This document shows, one piece after another, positions 1 through 9,507 of a DNA stretch of 64,000 nt; positions within the stretch are counted from its first letter, which is position 1; every line of letters begins with the position of its first letter. The stretch comes from Acidobacteriota bacterium (GTDB taxonomy: Bacteria > Acidobacteriota > UBA6911 > RPQK01 > JADFOI01), in contig CBDCMH010000004.1 of assembly GCA_965218935.1 (NCBI GenBank), positions 103,965 through 167,964 on the forward strand. The letters are read 5' to 3'. A program made the position numbers and the translations under genes. The notes below the pieces were generated by a model, which was not told the DNA's origin, did no database searches, and saw only the letters and a program-made list of their open reading frames with translations.

Positions 1-233
1 GGATTTATTCATATGTTCGATGAGCCTGGGACTGCGGCCAGGCTCGGCATCTTCGTAGATAGCCCCACATCCGGGACAAATCAGGTGTCCCTCCGCTTTC
101 AGGTGAGCGATTGTATTCTTGAACTGCTCGCCGCACTTGAGGCAGCGAAACCGCATCTCCTGCGGGCCAAGAAAATCCTTCACGCTCTCTGAGCCACCAT
201 CAGTTGACTGACTCTCAGGTTTTTGCTTTGGCA
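1..233 (-). CDS. Small zinc-ribbon protein, 5' partial (start at 233, continues past window edge)
   Basis: Reverse-strand translation from ATG at 231-233 gives MPKQKPESQSTDGGSESVKDFLGPQEMRFRCLKCGEQFKNTIAHLKAEGHLICPGCGAIYEDAEPG. It contains two CxxC pairs (CLKC...CPGC) and no stop before position 1. Not in the ORF track because it is truncated. Confidence 0.4.
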
Positions 234-380
234 TTCTTCCCTCCTGGGCGCACTTCGCCCTTGCTTATGTCGGGTGGAAAAAGTAGGATGGAGGAACTGA
301 ATTCGATCCTATTTCCCCACAGGGACACCTGGCAGGGTGTCCCTTTCAGTTTTCGATTATAACACTCTGCTTAGCTATTC

Positions 381-878
381 TTACTCGATCACTTCAATAT
401 GAGCGGTGTACGTGCCACATCCAGAACACCTCCAATCTCGCACCCATTCTGGCTCGATGGAAAGCGATTTTACGGATTGCGTGGAAGTGCAGACGCCACG
501 GTAAGTGCCGTCTGTCTCCGTGGCGCCTAACTCCACATCATAAAAATCCAGCTCGAACGTCTCTTTCTGGTTGTCCGAGCAAACCACAACTGCAGTCAAC
601 GTTAAATGCTGGAACGATAAGCTTATTGCCTCTACCTTCACGTTCAACTCCAAGTCGTCAGCATAGTCAAAGTAGAACTCGTAATCGACAAGGATGTCCG
701 CTCCGTCAGTAAGGGGGTCGTAAGGACGGCAAGACAGGGCCCGCTCTGGATAGGCGGTATCATCGGTTACGGGGGCGGGACTGGAGGTCTCCGTGCAAAT
801 CCACGTTCTCCCTTCGAAAGATTTAGCGGCTGCTAAGCCCGGCCAGAGCAAGATCAAAATCAGGACGATTCTTTTCAT
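381..878 (-). CDS. Secreted hypothetical protein with N-terminal signal peptide
   Basis: 165 aa ORF. N-terminus MKRIVLILILLWPGLAAAKS is a classical Sec signal peptide. It is Cys-rich and acidic, with no recognisable family motif. Confidence 0.5.
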   Translation of the reverse strand: MKRIVLILILLWPGLAAAKSFEGRTWICTETSSPAPVTDDTAYPERALSCRPYDPLTDGADILVDYEFYFDYADDLELNVKVEAISLSFQHLTLTAVVVCSDNQKETFELDFYDVELGATETDGTYRGVCTSTQSVKSLSIEPEWVRDWRCSGCGTYTAHIEVIE

Positions 879-1151
879 GGTTGTCCTCCTTTGGTCCTGT
901 GTCGGAGAAAAAGGGGAAGCCTTTGGAGTAGAATACCCCTAGACCCGCCGATCCTCCAACACAGGACGGTTGGTTTAGAGCCCGTTGAGTGTTTCTAGCA
1001 CTCGGCGGGCTCACCCTACGGAGGCTAGATGCTATATCAAGCGGCCTCCGGGGGTAAGTCTACCAGATTTCCAGTCCTCGTCCACACCAAAAGGTGTTTG
1101 CTCCTCCGTTTGATCCGTCAAGCTATCTTTGTAATTCCCTATTTTTTCCCA

Positions 1152-1757
1152 CTAGCGGTACCTCGAAACGTAAGATGCAGCCTGAAAAGATCTCTGCCAG
1201 CCCTGAGGAGTGGTGTAACGAATGATAATGGTTATCTGCTTGAGGTCAGGATAGGGGTTACTGCCCGCATCCAAAACCGGGTCAACCTGGATCTGACGTT
1301 CGAAATTGGTCAGAGTGCGGTTGATGTCATCACCGTTTCCCAGCAGCCCATCCGGACCGGGCAGGAGAAGCGTCTCCACAGCACCATCGTCAGCAGTGCC
1401 GATCAGACCGTCATTTCCGCTCAGCTTGAGAGGCTGAAAACCATCTGAAAAGATACCACCATCGTTGATCGTTTCAATATCGGCAAACGAGACCTGAGTA
1501 TTTCGAGCCGTGTAGACGCTCTCCAGGGTTTCGCGCACCTTCTGCTTGGCGATCAGCTCCTCCTGAACCAGGAACATGGTGACCACACTCTGGCTGAAAA
1601 GGGCCAGCAGACTCACCAATCCAATCACCGATACCAACATGGCCATCATGACCTCGAGTAAGCTGTACCCGGATTCTGCAGCCACTTTGGCCGTCAAACC
1701 CTGGTCAGCAGCTCCGGATCGAAGATGCCGTATTGTGTGTTTTCTAAGCAGTTTCAA
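1152..1757 (-). CDS. Type IV pilin-like / pseudopilin protein (prepilin-type N-terminal methylation domain)
   Basis: N-terminal ...AESG|YSLLEVMMAMLVSVIGLVSLLALF has a Gly before a hydrophobic helix with Glu at +5, typical of PilD-processed pilins and T2SS pseudopilins. The leader is unusually long, so the true start may be an internal non-ATG codon. Confidence 0.55.
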   Translation of the reverse strand: MKLLRKHTIRHLRSGAADQGLTAKVAAESGYSLLEVMMAMLVSVIGLVSLLALFSQSVVTMFLVQEELIAKQKVRETLESVYTARNTQVSFADIETINDGGIFSDGFQPLKLSGNDGLIGTADDGAVETLLLPGPDGLLGNGDDINRTLTNFERQIQVDPVLDAGSNPYPDLKQITIIIRYTTPQGWQRSFQAASYVSRYR

Positions 1758-2065
1758 AATCTATCCCTGATGCCCACTCTCCAAAGTTGTGACTATTATA
1801 CCCGGGAGTGTCAAGTTTGCCACAGGCTTTTGATGCACCGGGCAGACCGGCACTTCGTTTGCTCTTCTGTTCACGGGTATTGCGAGTTGTAGTCCGCCGC
1901 CTTACGTGCACGCTCCATGCCACTCTTGCCTGACATAGCCCTGAACCCGTAATGTTTCCCCATCAGAAGTTATAACTCCCTGTCAATAAAGGACTAATGA
2001 CATCAAGGAAAGACTCGACGGTGGGTTCTTGTCCTGCTCTACGTCACCAATCTGGCCCAGAGCCA

Positions 2066-3835
2066 CCCCTTTTTTGTTCACACGAGTTTACAGCTCATCG
2101 GGTTTCTGACCCAAAGAGATGAAAGAAAAGTCTAACCCAGACAATGAGTTAACAGGGTTTGAAAGGCTTCTTGGTCGGACCGTAAACAGGCGTTACCACT
2201 TTCTCCCACAACTCGACATGGAACCCAGGTGTTCACTTCTGTCCCCATCTGCTCCCATCTGCTGGAGATCCCATGAACAAAAGGGTACAGCCCTTGAGAC
2301 CCATTCCTGCCCAGCACCGGGATCTAGCAGTCCGTGGTGAAAGTCGAGGATAAGGGGTCACACAGCGACACTAGAGTGACCCCATGGCAATGGGGAAAAA
2401 GAAACGTCGACAGCAAGAAGACCTGTGGGTCGCCACCAGTGAGCTGCCCCGCACCGCCGGCCATCCCATCTACGAAAGACTGAATGGCCTTTTCAACGAA
2501 CACGGCTTTGACGACTTCGTGGAGGGACTGTGTGCGAAGTTCTATGCAGACAAGATGGGGCGACCGAGCCTGGCTCCGGGAGTGTACTTTCGGCTGCTGC
2601 TGGTGGGGTATTTCGAAGGGATCGGATCGGAACGAGGAATAGCCTGGAGAGCAGCTGATTCTCTGGCACTGCGAGAGTTTCTGGGATTGAAACTGAGCGA
2701 GTCGCCGTCTGATCACTCCACGATCTCCCGAACCCGACGACTGATCGATGTGGCTACCCACGAAGCAGTCTTTGACTGGGTACTGAAGCGGATCGGGGCG
2801 AGCGGCCTGCTGCGGGGCAAGACGATCGGCATCGATGCCACTACGCTGGAAGCGAATGCAGCGCTGCGCAGCATCGTGCGCCGGGACAGCGAGCAGGGGT
2901 ATGAAGAGTTTTTGATGGAGCTGGCGAAAGCCTCCGGGATTGAGACGCCGCGACGGGAAGATCTGGCCAAACTGGACCGCAAGCGCACGGGCAAAGGATC
3001 GAACCGGGTTTGGAAGCACCCGCATGATGCGGATGCGCGAATTACCAGAATGAAGGACGGGCGGACGCACCTGGCGCACAAGGCGGAGCATGCAGTGGAT
3101 CTGGAGACCGGAGCGATTGTCTCGGTGACGGTACAGGGAGCCGATCGAGGGGACACGCAGACCATGGTGAAGACCCTGACGGAAGCGGCCGAGAAGGTGG
3201 AACAAGCGCTGCCGGAGGGACGAGGCATCGAAGAGGTGGTGGCCGACAAGGGGTATCACAGCACGCAGCGGATGGTGGACCTGGATGCGGTGGGACTGCG
3301 CAGCTATGTGAGCGAACCGAGGCGAGGGAAGCGACGCTGGCGAGGAGACCGGCAGGGGCAGGAAGCGGTGTATGCGAATCGGCGGCGCATCCGGGGAGAG
3401 CGAGGGCAGCGGCTGCTGCGGCAACGAGGAGAGCAGCTGGAGCGACCCTGTGCGCATCTGTACGGGAGCGGAGGGATGAGACGGATGCATGTACGGGGAC
3501 ATGAGAATGTGTTGAAGCGACTGCTGATCCAGGTGAGCGCCTTCAATCTGGGGATGCTGATGCGTCAGAGCCTGGGTGTGGGAACGCCGCGGGGTCTGCA
3601 GGGGCGGATTTGCGCCCTGATGCTACTGATTTTGTCGCTGTTCAAGCGTCTTAAGGGCCTGTTCGGACTGATTCCGGCTGCTTGGCCCGAAAAACCCAAC
3701 TCAGCGATCCCTTCGCTGCTTCCACCGGTGGGTACCACCTGAGCTCAGAAAATGTACTTCCACCACGGGCTGCTAGCCCTCCAAGGAGTGTCCCCGGGAG
3801 TTTACAAGTGTCAACGCGTGTTAACTCAAAAAATA
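2066..3835. mobile_element. IS5/IS1182-family-like insertion sequence (approximate boundaries)
   Basis: Single 452-aa transposase ORF. An imperfect terminal inverted repeat lies at 2066-2090 (TTTTTTGTTCACACGAGTTTACA) and 3810-3835 (reverse complement TTTTTTGAGTTAACACGCGTTGACA). Element length of ~1.77 kb fits the IS1182 group. Boundaries are inferred by eye. Confidence 0.45.
2384..3742 (+). CDS. IS5/IS1182-family DDE transposase
   Basis: The N-terminal region ...PIYERLNGLFNEHGFDDFVEGLCAKFYADKMGRPSLAPGVYFRLLLVGYFEGIGSERGIAW... matches the conserved transposase-InsH N-terminal domain (DUF772) of IS5/IS1182 transposases. It has a basic C-terminus, and the long antisense ORF is typical of GC-rich IS elements. 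A perfect 8-bp-stem palindrome GGGGTCAC...GTGACCCC lies immediately upstream of the ATG (2352-2382). Confidence 0.7.
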   Translation: MAMGKKKRRQQEDLWVATSELPRTAGHPIYERLNGLFNEHGFDDFVEGLCAKFYADKMGRPSLAPGVYFRLLLVGYFEGIGSERGIAWRAADSLALREFLGLKLSESPSDHSTISRTRRLIDVATHEAVFDWVLKRIGASGLLRGKTIGIDATTLEANAALRSIVRRDSEQGYEEFLMELAKASGIETPRREDLAKLDRKRTGKGSNRVWKHPHDADARITRMKDGRTHLAHKAEHAVDLETGAIVSVTVQGADRGDTQTMVKTLTEAAEKVEQALPEGRGIEEVVADKGYHSTQRMVDLDAVGLRSYVSEPRRGKRRWRGDRQGQEAVYANRRRIRGERGQRLLRQRGEQLERPCAHLYGSGGMRRMHVRGHENVLKRLLIQVSAFNLGMLMRQSLGVGTPRGLQGRICALMLLILSLFKRLKGLFGLIPAAWPEKPNSAIPSLLPPVGTT

Positions 3836-3996
3836 CCTTCCGGCCGGACCAAGATTCCCTTATGTAGTGCTTCAATAAAGTAAACACACAACATACAGTT
3901 GTGGAAAACTGGCACGCGATTTGCTTTATACACCCCGATCCAAAGTGCTGAACTACATCAGCACCAACCCGCAGTAACCAACATGGAGGTTAACGA

Positions 3997-4407
3997 ATGA
4001 AAAGAACAGGTGCGGCAATCTTTACTCTGGCGATGACTTTGATTCTTCTCAGCAGCCTGGGCAACGGTGTGAGCTGGGCTCACGGAAAGAACAAGTATAA
4101 GAAGGTTCGAGTTCGTGACGTGGTCCTCCTGGACTGTAAAGTCGATAAGACTGTTAGCTCTTTCGACAGCACGGATCCTGAGATAGCTGCGGAACTAACT
4201 GGTTTGCCTTCTGATTCTTGTGCCGTTGCGGTGGCGTTTCTCCTGAACCATGGTTTCAAGATAGGATCCACTCTTGTTACGGAAGGGCTCGACGAGTTTT
4301 TTCTTCCGACATCCTTTGTATGTTACACGACGGTGAGGACCAAAACCGTGCGTGTCCCGGTGCAGAACAATGATGTCAAAGATGACGACGATGACGATGA
4401 CAACTAA
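3997..4407 (+). CDS. Small secreted protein with C-terminal poly-Asp tail
   Basis: Signal peptide MKRTGAAIFTLAMTLILLSSLGNGVSWAHG, 136 aa, ending ...NNDVKDDDDDDDN*. Preceded by a low-GC promoter-like region and an RBS (ggaggttaacgaATG). Confidence 0.5.
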   Translation: MKRTGAAIFTLAMTLILLSSLGNGVSWAHGKNKYKKVRVRDVVLLDCKVDKTVSSFDSTDPEIAAELTGLPSDSCAVAVAFLLNHGFKIGSTLVTEGLDEFFLPTSFVCYTTVRTKTVRVPVQNNDVKDDDDDDDN

Positions 4408-4568
4408 CGAAGAGTAATATCTCACTGAAGGGGATAAGAACTGATTGTAGTCTAGCGGAGGCGGCACGAAAGTGCTGCCTTTTTGCTTTTAGAATCACGG
4501 GAGCACGCTTTGCGCGCGGGCTGCGGGATGCGGTTCCGAGTGGAATTCCAAGCGACCCAGTGATATAA

Positions 4569-5162
4569 GTGGGGACCAATATGAGCCAGAAGAAGCTGAT
4601 TGTGGCCGTAACGGGAGCCACGGGGACCATTTTCGGGGTTCGTCTTCTGGAGTTGTTGCAGGGCTCTGAGGTGGAAACTCACCTGGTGCTGAGCAAATGG
4701 GCCAGGCGCACGCTCCTTTACGAGACCAAGTATACGCTGGAGCAGGTCCAGGAAATGGCCACAGAGGTCTATCCGCTTCAGGATCAGGGAGCAGCCCTTT
4801 CCAGCGGATCCTTCGTAACCAGTGGAATGGTTGTCATACCGTGCAGCATGAGAACGCTTTCCGCCATCGCGCAGGGGGCGGGGGACAACCTGATTCATCG
4901 AGCCGCCGATGTGATCCTGAAGGAGCGCCGCAAACTGGTTCTGGTAGCGCGCGAATCCCCTTTCAATCAGATTCATCTGGAGAACATGCTGAAGCTGGCG
5001 CGAATGGGGAGCATTATCCTGCCACCTGTACCTGCTTTCTATAACCACCCCCGAGACATCGACGACATCGTCAATCATATTGCCGGCCGAGTGCTGGACC
5101 AGTTTGAAATTCATCTGGATGTGGTGAGCCGCTGGCACGGTATGGTCTCTTCGGTGCAGTAA
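4569..5162 (+). CDS. ubiX: Flavin prenyltransferase UbiX/Pad1 family
   Basis: LIVAVTGATGTIFGVRLLELL ... GMVVIPCSMRTLSAIAQGAGDNLIHRAADVILKERRKLVLVARESP matches the UbiX flavoprotein fold and conserved motifs (SGMVVxPCSxxTLSxIAxG). 197 aa is the usual size. Confidence 0.85.
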   Translation: MGTNMSQKKLIVAVTGATGTIFGVRLLELLQGSEVETHLVLSKWARRTLLYETKYTLEQVQEMATEVYPLQDQGAALSSGSFVTSGMVVIPCSMRTLSAIAQGAGDNLIHRAADVILKERRKLVLVARESPFNQIHLENMLKLARMGSIILPPVPAFYNHPRDIDDIVNHIAGRVLDQFEIHLDVVSRWHGMVSSVQ

Positions 5163-5175
5163 ACCTCATTCCTTT

Positions 5176-5210
5176 CGGATTCGGCACCTGAGGTGCCTCC
5201 CACATTCCGG
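5176..5210. repeat. REP-like hairpin element, family 1 copy (GGCACC-TGA-GGTGCC core)
   Basis: cggattcGGCACCtgaGGTGCCTCCCACATTCCGG sits immediately after the ubiX stop. It recurs at 22503, 56812-56958 and 60565. Confidence 0.7.
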
Positions 5211-5261
5211 ATGTTCTTGCTCGAAAATCCCTTCGGCTCTGTGTGTTCCTCGTAGTCCGGG

Positions 5262-8200
5262 CTAGAAGGTATATCTCATTCCCAGCTGCAGTTGACGGGA
5301 AGAACTTGTGGTCGAAAAGATGGTGGCCGCATTTCCCACCGGGATTCCATTGCCAAGGCAGGCGGAATCAGGCGGATCCACTAAGCAGGGGGCATTGAGG
5401 TCGTTGAAGACAATCACTCCACCGCCGGCTCCCCGGTTTTGAGGATGAGAGAAGTTGGCTTGATTGAGAAGATTGAAAACCTCCAACCGGAACTGCAAAC
5501 TGTGCTGCTCACTCAACCGGACACTTCGGGTAACGCTGACATCGAGTGTGGCAAAACCGGGGCCGATGAGGGTATTACGACCCAGCGTTCCCAGATGTCC
5601 TTCGTCCTGAAGAATAAAGGAGGAGACATCAAAGTATTTGTCGGGTCCGCCCAGCACAGGACTGTTGTCAGCACCCGGCACCAGGTCGGGACGGTGGCCT
5701 TCGCGCACGCGGTTGTTGACAATGTCGAAGGAGACGTTGGCTGTGAAAGGGTAGCCGCCCGAAAGAGTCAGGATGCCGGCTGTCTGCCAGTCGTTGAGCA
5801 GGATCCCGGCCACACTCGTTCGGCGAAAACTCAGGGGTAAATCCCAGGTGTACTGGAGGACGGCATGGTGAGCGATGTGGAAATTGGAAAGACCCCGATC
5901 GATGCTTCTGTCAAAGTAATGGGTTGCCTCAGGAAGGCTGTTGGTGAATTCTCGACGATAAGCCGAGGCGTCGTCCAAGGAACGGCCGTAGGTGTAATTG
6001 AACAAAAACTGGAAACCCGACTCCCAGCGCCGTGTGAGACCAATCTGCAGGGAGTTGTAGGCTGAGTTGGCATCGGTGGAGGTCAGGCGAACCGCATCCA
6101 GATCCGTATTCGGCCGGGCAGCCGGCCTGGTTCCCCAGAAAAGCCGCCCATCTGGATCAACGGACTGCGGAGCCGGGATATTGATGTCTCCCACCCGGGG
6201 TAGGTGCACTCCCCGGGAGCCGAAATATCCGACCCGGAGGACCAAATTCTGGCCCAGCGCCTGCTCCAGCACGATGTGATATCGCATCATATAGGGAGTC
6301 GATAATTCGAATTCGATGGGGTCCTGGCGCGGGTTTCCAGCCCCTCCTCCACCCTGTGGATCAGGATATTGAGGAGGAGGCCGAAAAATGGTTCGCACCG
6401 TCGTAAAGGGACTCTGGATCCTCACCCGGTAGCCAAAGATGTTTTCCCGGATGGGCTCATAAAAGATCCCGAAGCCGGTGCGCAAGACGGTGGGTTGGGT
6501 TCCACCGAAGTTCCAGGCCAATCCTACCCGAGGAGCGAAGTTCAAATGGGAGGGATTCTCAAAGAGAGGATCTCCGACCGTAGGAGCAGGATCCGTGATC
6601 TTCCGAAGGTTAGAGATCCCATCTTGCCTTTCGGTGGGCACCGTAAACCACTCGTAGCGAAGACCGTAACTGAGAGTCAGGGCGGGGCTCCAGCGATATT
6701 GATCGTGGATAAAAAGAGCAAACAGGTTCTGACGGTACTCTCTGTGTGAATCGGCATCCGCGTCGGCACTGATAAAACGCTGGGGGGCGTTGGTGAGGAA
6801 ATCCTCCAGATTTTCATAGACCAGCAGCCCGTCAAAGAAAAAATTGTAGTCGCCGGCACTGCGGTGGTACTTCCAGTCAAACCCCCATCGAAGATCGTGA
6901 CTTCCGGAAGAAAACTGAAAGGTGTCACTGAACTGATACTGGCCAAAAGGGAAATTCACGTCAGCGGTGTCGGTGCCGAAGCTGGTGAGACCGCGTATGT
7001 TAATTCGTCCCATATTCGGACGTCCCGGGATCAGAGGCGGAGCTGCCGCCAACTCCGGTGTGCTGGCTACGCTTTCACTCGTGTAGGCCCCTCGATTGTA
7101 GGCAAACTGAGCGGTGTGCAAGAGCCGCGAGGAAAACAGATGAGTCTCCTCGACGGTGAGATATTGATTGCGGGAGCTGAGGTCACTATCAAACCCCTCA
7201 ATACTGACCTCAAAGGGAGCCAGCTTCTTACTGTCATGAAAGGTGTAGCGCAGGAACAGAGAATCGCTTGATCCCAGTTGAAAGTCCGTCCGTGTATTGA
7301 AATGCTGGTCGTCGGTGGGCACTTGCTGCTGGAAAACATGCTCGGCAGTGCCATCTCCGAAGTCCTGCCCAAGAGCCCGGGGATAGAGATTCAAAATGGG
7401 TTTGATATCGTCTGCCACGGTGACTGGACCGGTGGGCAACATCCCCTCCCGAGCCGCATCGTTTGGAACCGTGTTGGAAAGAGTCAAGCCCAGGCGCTCT
7501 CGCAGACCTTCATAGCTAAAGAAAAAAGTGTTTTCTTCTCCAGGCAACGGCCCGCCAATGGAACCCCCGTACTGTTGGCGGGTTAAGGAAGGGGGGTCGC
7601 TCCGCTCCAAAGGGTTGGAAGGATCCCGGTCAAAGAAGTTGCGGGCATCCAAAGCGCTGTTTCGAAAGTACCCATAAAGAGACCCGTGCCAATCGCGTGT
7701 TCCCCGGCGTGTAATCACGTTGACGGTAGCACCGCCACTTCCCCCTATATAAGCGGGGTAGGCATCATTGAGAACCTCAAATTCCTGCACGGCATCCATC
7801 CCCGGCAGTAATCCTGAAACTCCACCGGGAGTGGTCTTAAGAATGGGGTGTTGAATATCGGTCCCATCCAGCGAATACTCGGTGCCTCTGGCACCGTTGC
7901 CACTGATCTCTGGAGTCGTCCCGTTTAGTGCCCGGATGTCCTTGGCCCGCACCGGGATCATTCCCGGGGCCAGCAGAGCCAGACTGTCCAGGCTGCGGCC
8001 GTTGTTGGGAAGCGAGGAGAAGGATACCTCGTTCACGATGGTGCTCAAGTGAGGACTGGAAAGATCCAGCGGCGCTGCCTCACCAATGACGGTAATGGAC
8101 TGTTCGGCATCCTGAACCTCCAATGTCAGATCCAGCGTAATGGCCTGCCCGGCGCTCAAGGAGAGATTCTTTCCCTCAACCGACTGAAACCCCCCATAAG

Positions 8201-8438
8201 AGGCGGAAATCTCATAGTTTCCCGAGGAAAGCCTCAAGAATGCGTAGCGGCCCTCTTCATCTGTGAGAGCCGAGTGGATGCGCCCACTCTCTTGATCATG
8301 TGCCTCTAGCACCACACCTGGGATCACGGCCCCCGAGGCATCGCGAATCTGGCCCGATATTTGGGCAGCGGGCGACTGGGCCAAGATTGAAGGTATGGAT
8401 AAAAGGAGAACCAAACCGGAGAGAATCCAATTTCTCAT
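5262..8438 (-). CDS. TonB-dependent outer-membrane receptor with N-terminal carboxypeptidase-regulatory-like (CarbopepD_reg) domain
   Basis: 1058 aa. Signal peptide, then ISGQIRDASGAVIPGVVLEAHDQESGRIHSALTDEEGRYAFLRLSSGNYEISASYGGF (CarbopepD_reg fold), followed by a plug and barrel. Ends ...LQLGMRYTF with a terminal aromatic residue typical of OM beta-barrels. This architecture is common in Acidobacteria. Confidence 0.8.
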   Translation of the reverse strand: MRNWILSGLVLLLSIPSILAQSPAAQISGQIRDASGAVIPGVVLEAHDQESGRIHSALTDEEGRYAFLRLSSGNYEISASYGGFQSVEGKNLSLSAGQAITLDLTLEVQDAEQSITVIGEAAPLDLSSPHLSTIVNEVSFSSLPNNGRSLDSLALLAPGMIPVRAKDIRALNGTTPEISGNGARGTEYSLDGTDIQHPILKTTPGGVSGLLPGMDAVQEFEVLNDAYPAYIGGSGGATVNVITRRGTRDWHGSLYGYFRNSALDARNFFDRDPSNPLERSDPPSLTRQQYGGSIGGPLPGEENTFFFSYEGLRERLGLTLSNTVPNDAAREGMLPTGPVTVADDIKPILNLYPRALGQDFGDGTAEHVFQQQVPTDDQHFNTRTDFQLGSSDSLFLRYTFHDSKKLAPFEVSIEGFDSDLSSRNQYLTVEETHLFSSRLLHTAQFAYNRGAYTSESVASTPELAAAPPLIPGRPNMGRINIRGLTSFGTDTADVNFPFGQYQFSDTFQFSSGSHDLRWGFDWKYHRSAGDYNFFFDGLLVYENLEDFLTNAPQRFISADADADSHREYRQNLFALFIHDQYRWSPALTLSYGLRYEWFTVPTERQDGISNLRKITDPAPTVGDPLFENPSHLNFAPRVGLAWNFGGTQPTVLRTGFGIFYEPIRENIFGYRVRIQSPFTTVRTIFRPPPQYPDPQGGGGAGNPRQDPIEFELSTPYMMRYHIVLEQALGQNLVLRVGYFGSRGVHLPRVGDINIPAPQSVDPDGRLFWGTRPAARPNTDLDAVRLTSTDANSAYNSLQIGLTRRWESGFQFLFNYTYGRSLDDASAYRREFTNSLPEATHYFDRSIDRGLSNFHIAHHAVLQYTWDLPLSFRRTSVAGILLNDWQTAGILTLSGGYPFTANVSFDIVNNRVREGHRPDLVPGADNSPVLGGPDKYFDVSSFILQDEGHLGTLGRNTLIGPGFATLDVSVTRSVRLSEQHSLQFRLEVFNLLNQANFSHPQNRGAGGGVIVFNDLNAPCLVDPPDSACLGNGIPVGNAATIFSTTSSSRQLQLGMRYTF

Positions 8439-8560
8439 AATATCCCTCTTTCGCCCTTGGAGGGCGCTCGTCGAGAACAGGTCGCGGTATCTTACAGAAC
8501 ACCTAATTACCCCGTCAATGAAGAAATGGTGAATGGCTCCAAATTGAAAGAATTAAAAGA

Positions 8561-9451
8561 GTGATATATTGGTGCCCAGTGAAACCCTCTTTACCAATAG
8601 CCTCAGTGGGTATTTTGACTCTTGTACTGCTCAGCTCCGGGGCCCGTTGCCTGGCTCAGGAGCAGCAAACACCCCAGGCCCTGATGGGCTGGGAAGTCTT
8701 GATGGGAGCAAAACTCCGACTCGTCGAGCTTCCGTCAACGGCAGCGCCAACACTTCCGGCCTGGCCGACTCACGGTCACAGGAATCCTGATGGTCACTCG
8801 ATTTCTTCCTCGAGTGACTCGGAACAGATGGTCACAGAGAGGATGAAACAGAGTCTTGAGGGTGCCATTCAGATCGCGAACGACTATCTCCCCCAAGATG
8901 TGCAGGGAAATTTTCAGCTCTGGATTTTCGAGAACATTCCCTATGCGGCCAAGACCGTGAATCCTCAGCTGATCCTCTCTGCTGAGGTGTTGAGCCCTGA
9001 AAATGGGGAGCGATTACCCTTTGTCATCGCTCATGAGATTCATCATCTTGCCTTGATGCGAATTGGATTCTCGAAATCCCATGCTTCAGTTCAAACCCGT
9101 ATCCTGGCCGGACTCCTCACCGAAGGCATTGCCACGTGGCTTTCTCTTTCATCCGGATTGTTTCCGGAATTGGATCAGATCATTCAGGAACCTCAACAAC
9201 TCAGAGCTTCCTTTGGCCAGGTTCGACATGCCCTCAACCGCTCAGCCGGGGATGTCCAGGCCCATACAGATGACCTCTATCGCCAGAATAAGTGGGGCTA
9301 CTATGTGGGCTGTTGGATGATCCAGCAAATCGAGGAACGGTTTGGCAGAGAAGCCTGGCTTGGACTACTCAACAAGTCTCCTGAAGAGGCTGCTCAGGAA
9401 CTGGTGACTCTTTATCTGCGCACCAACCCTCCCTCCGAATACCGTTTCTAG
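8561..9451 (+). CDS. Secreted putative zinc-dependent peptidase (HEXXH motif)
   Basis: Signal peptide, then ...LPFVIAHEIHHLALMRIGF contains an HExxH zinc-binding motif. 296 aa. Family assignment beyond the motif is inference. Confidence 0.5.
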   Translation: MIYWCPVKPSLPIASVGILTLVLLSSGARCLAQEQQTPQALMGWEVLMGAKLRLVELPSTAAPTLPAWPTHGHRNPDGHSISSSSDSEQMVTERMKQSLEGAIQIANDYLPQDVQGNFQLWIFENIPYAAKTVNPQLILSAEVLSPENGERLPFVIAHEIHHLALMRIGFSKSHASVQTRILAGLLTEGIATWLSLSSGLFPELDQIIQEPQQLRASFGQVRHALNRSAGDVQAHTDDLYRQNKWGYYVGCWMIQQIEERFGREAWLGLLNKSPEEAAQELVTLYLRTNPPSEYRF

Positions 9452-9507
9452 CCCGTACTATTCATAAACTGTCTGCTGCAGCGACGACAGCCTATGAATA
9501 ATCCGGG
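9452..9507. repeat. Family-2 intergenic motif, palindromic full copy (ACTATTCATAAACTGTCTGCTGCAG ... CTATGAATAATCCGG)
   Basis: cccgtACTATTCATAAACTGTCTGCTGCAGcgacgacagCCTATGAATAATCCGGg lies directly after the stop of the peptidase gene and is convergent with the TPR gene. The left arm matches copies at 30174, 32975, 39151, and the right arm matches 46118. Confidence 0.7.

Noticed and set aside
1758-2383. tRNA or other structured RNA in the 600-bp gene-poor stretch
   Set aside because: No cloverleaf-compatible sequence found (no GTTCRANYC T-loop with matching acceptor stem). The small ORFs 2119-2340 (+) and 2132-2317 (-) overlap each other and lack motifs.
2324-3502. 392-aa minus-strand ORF
   Set aside because: Fully antisense to the IS5-like transposase gene. 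Arg/Pro/His/Ser-rich composition is typical of antisense frames in GC-rich DNA.
9452-9507. Family-2 motif as integron attC sites
   Set aside because: Although located at gene 3' ends and partly palindromic, the copies lack GTTRRRY/RYYYAAC core sites, and no intI gene or attI is present.
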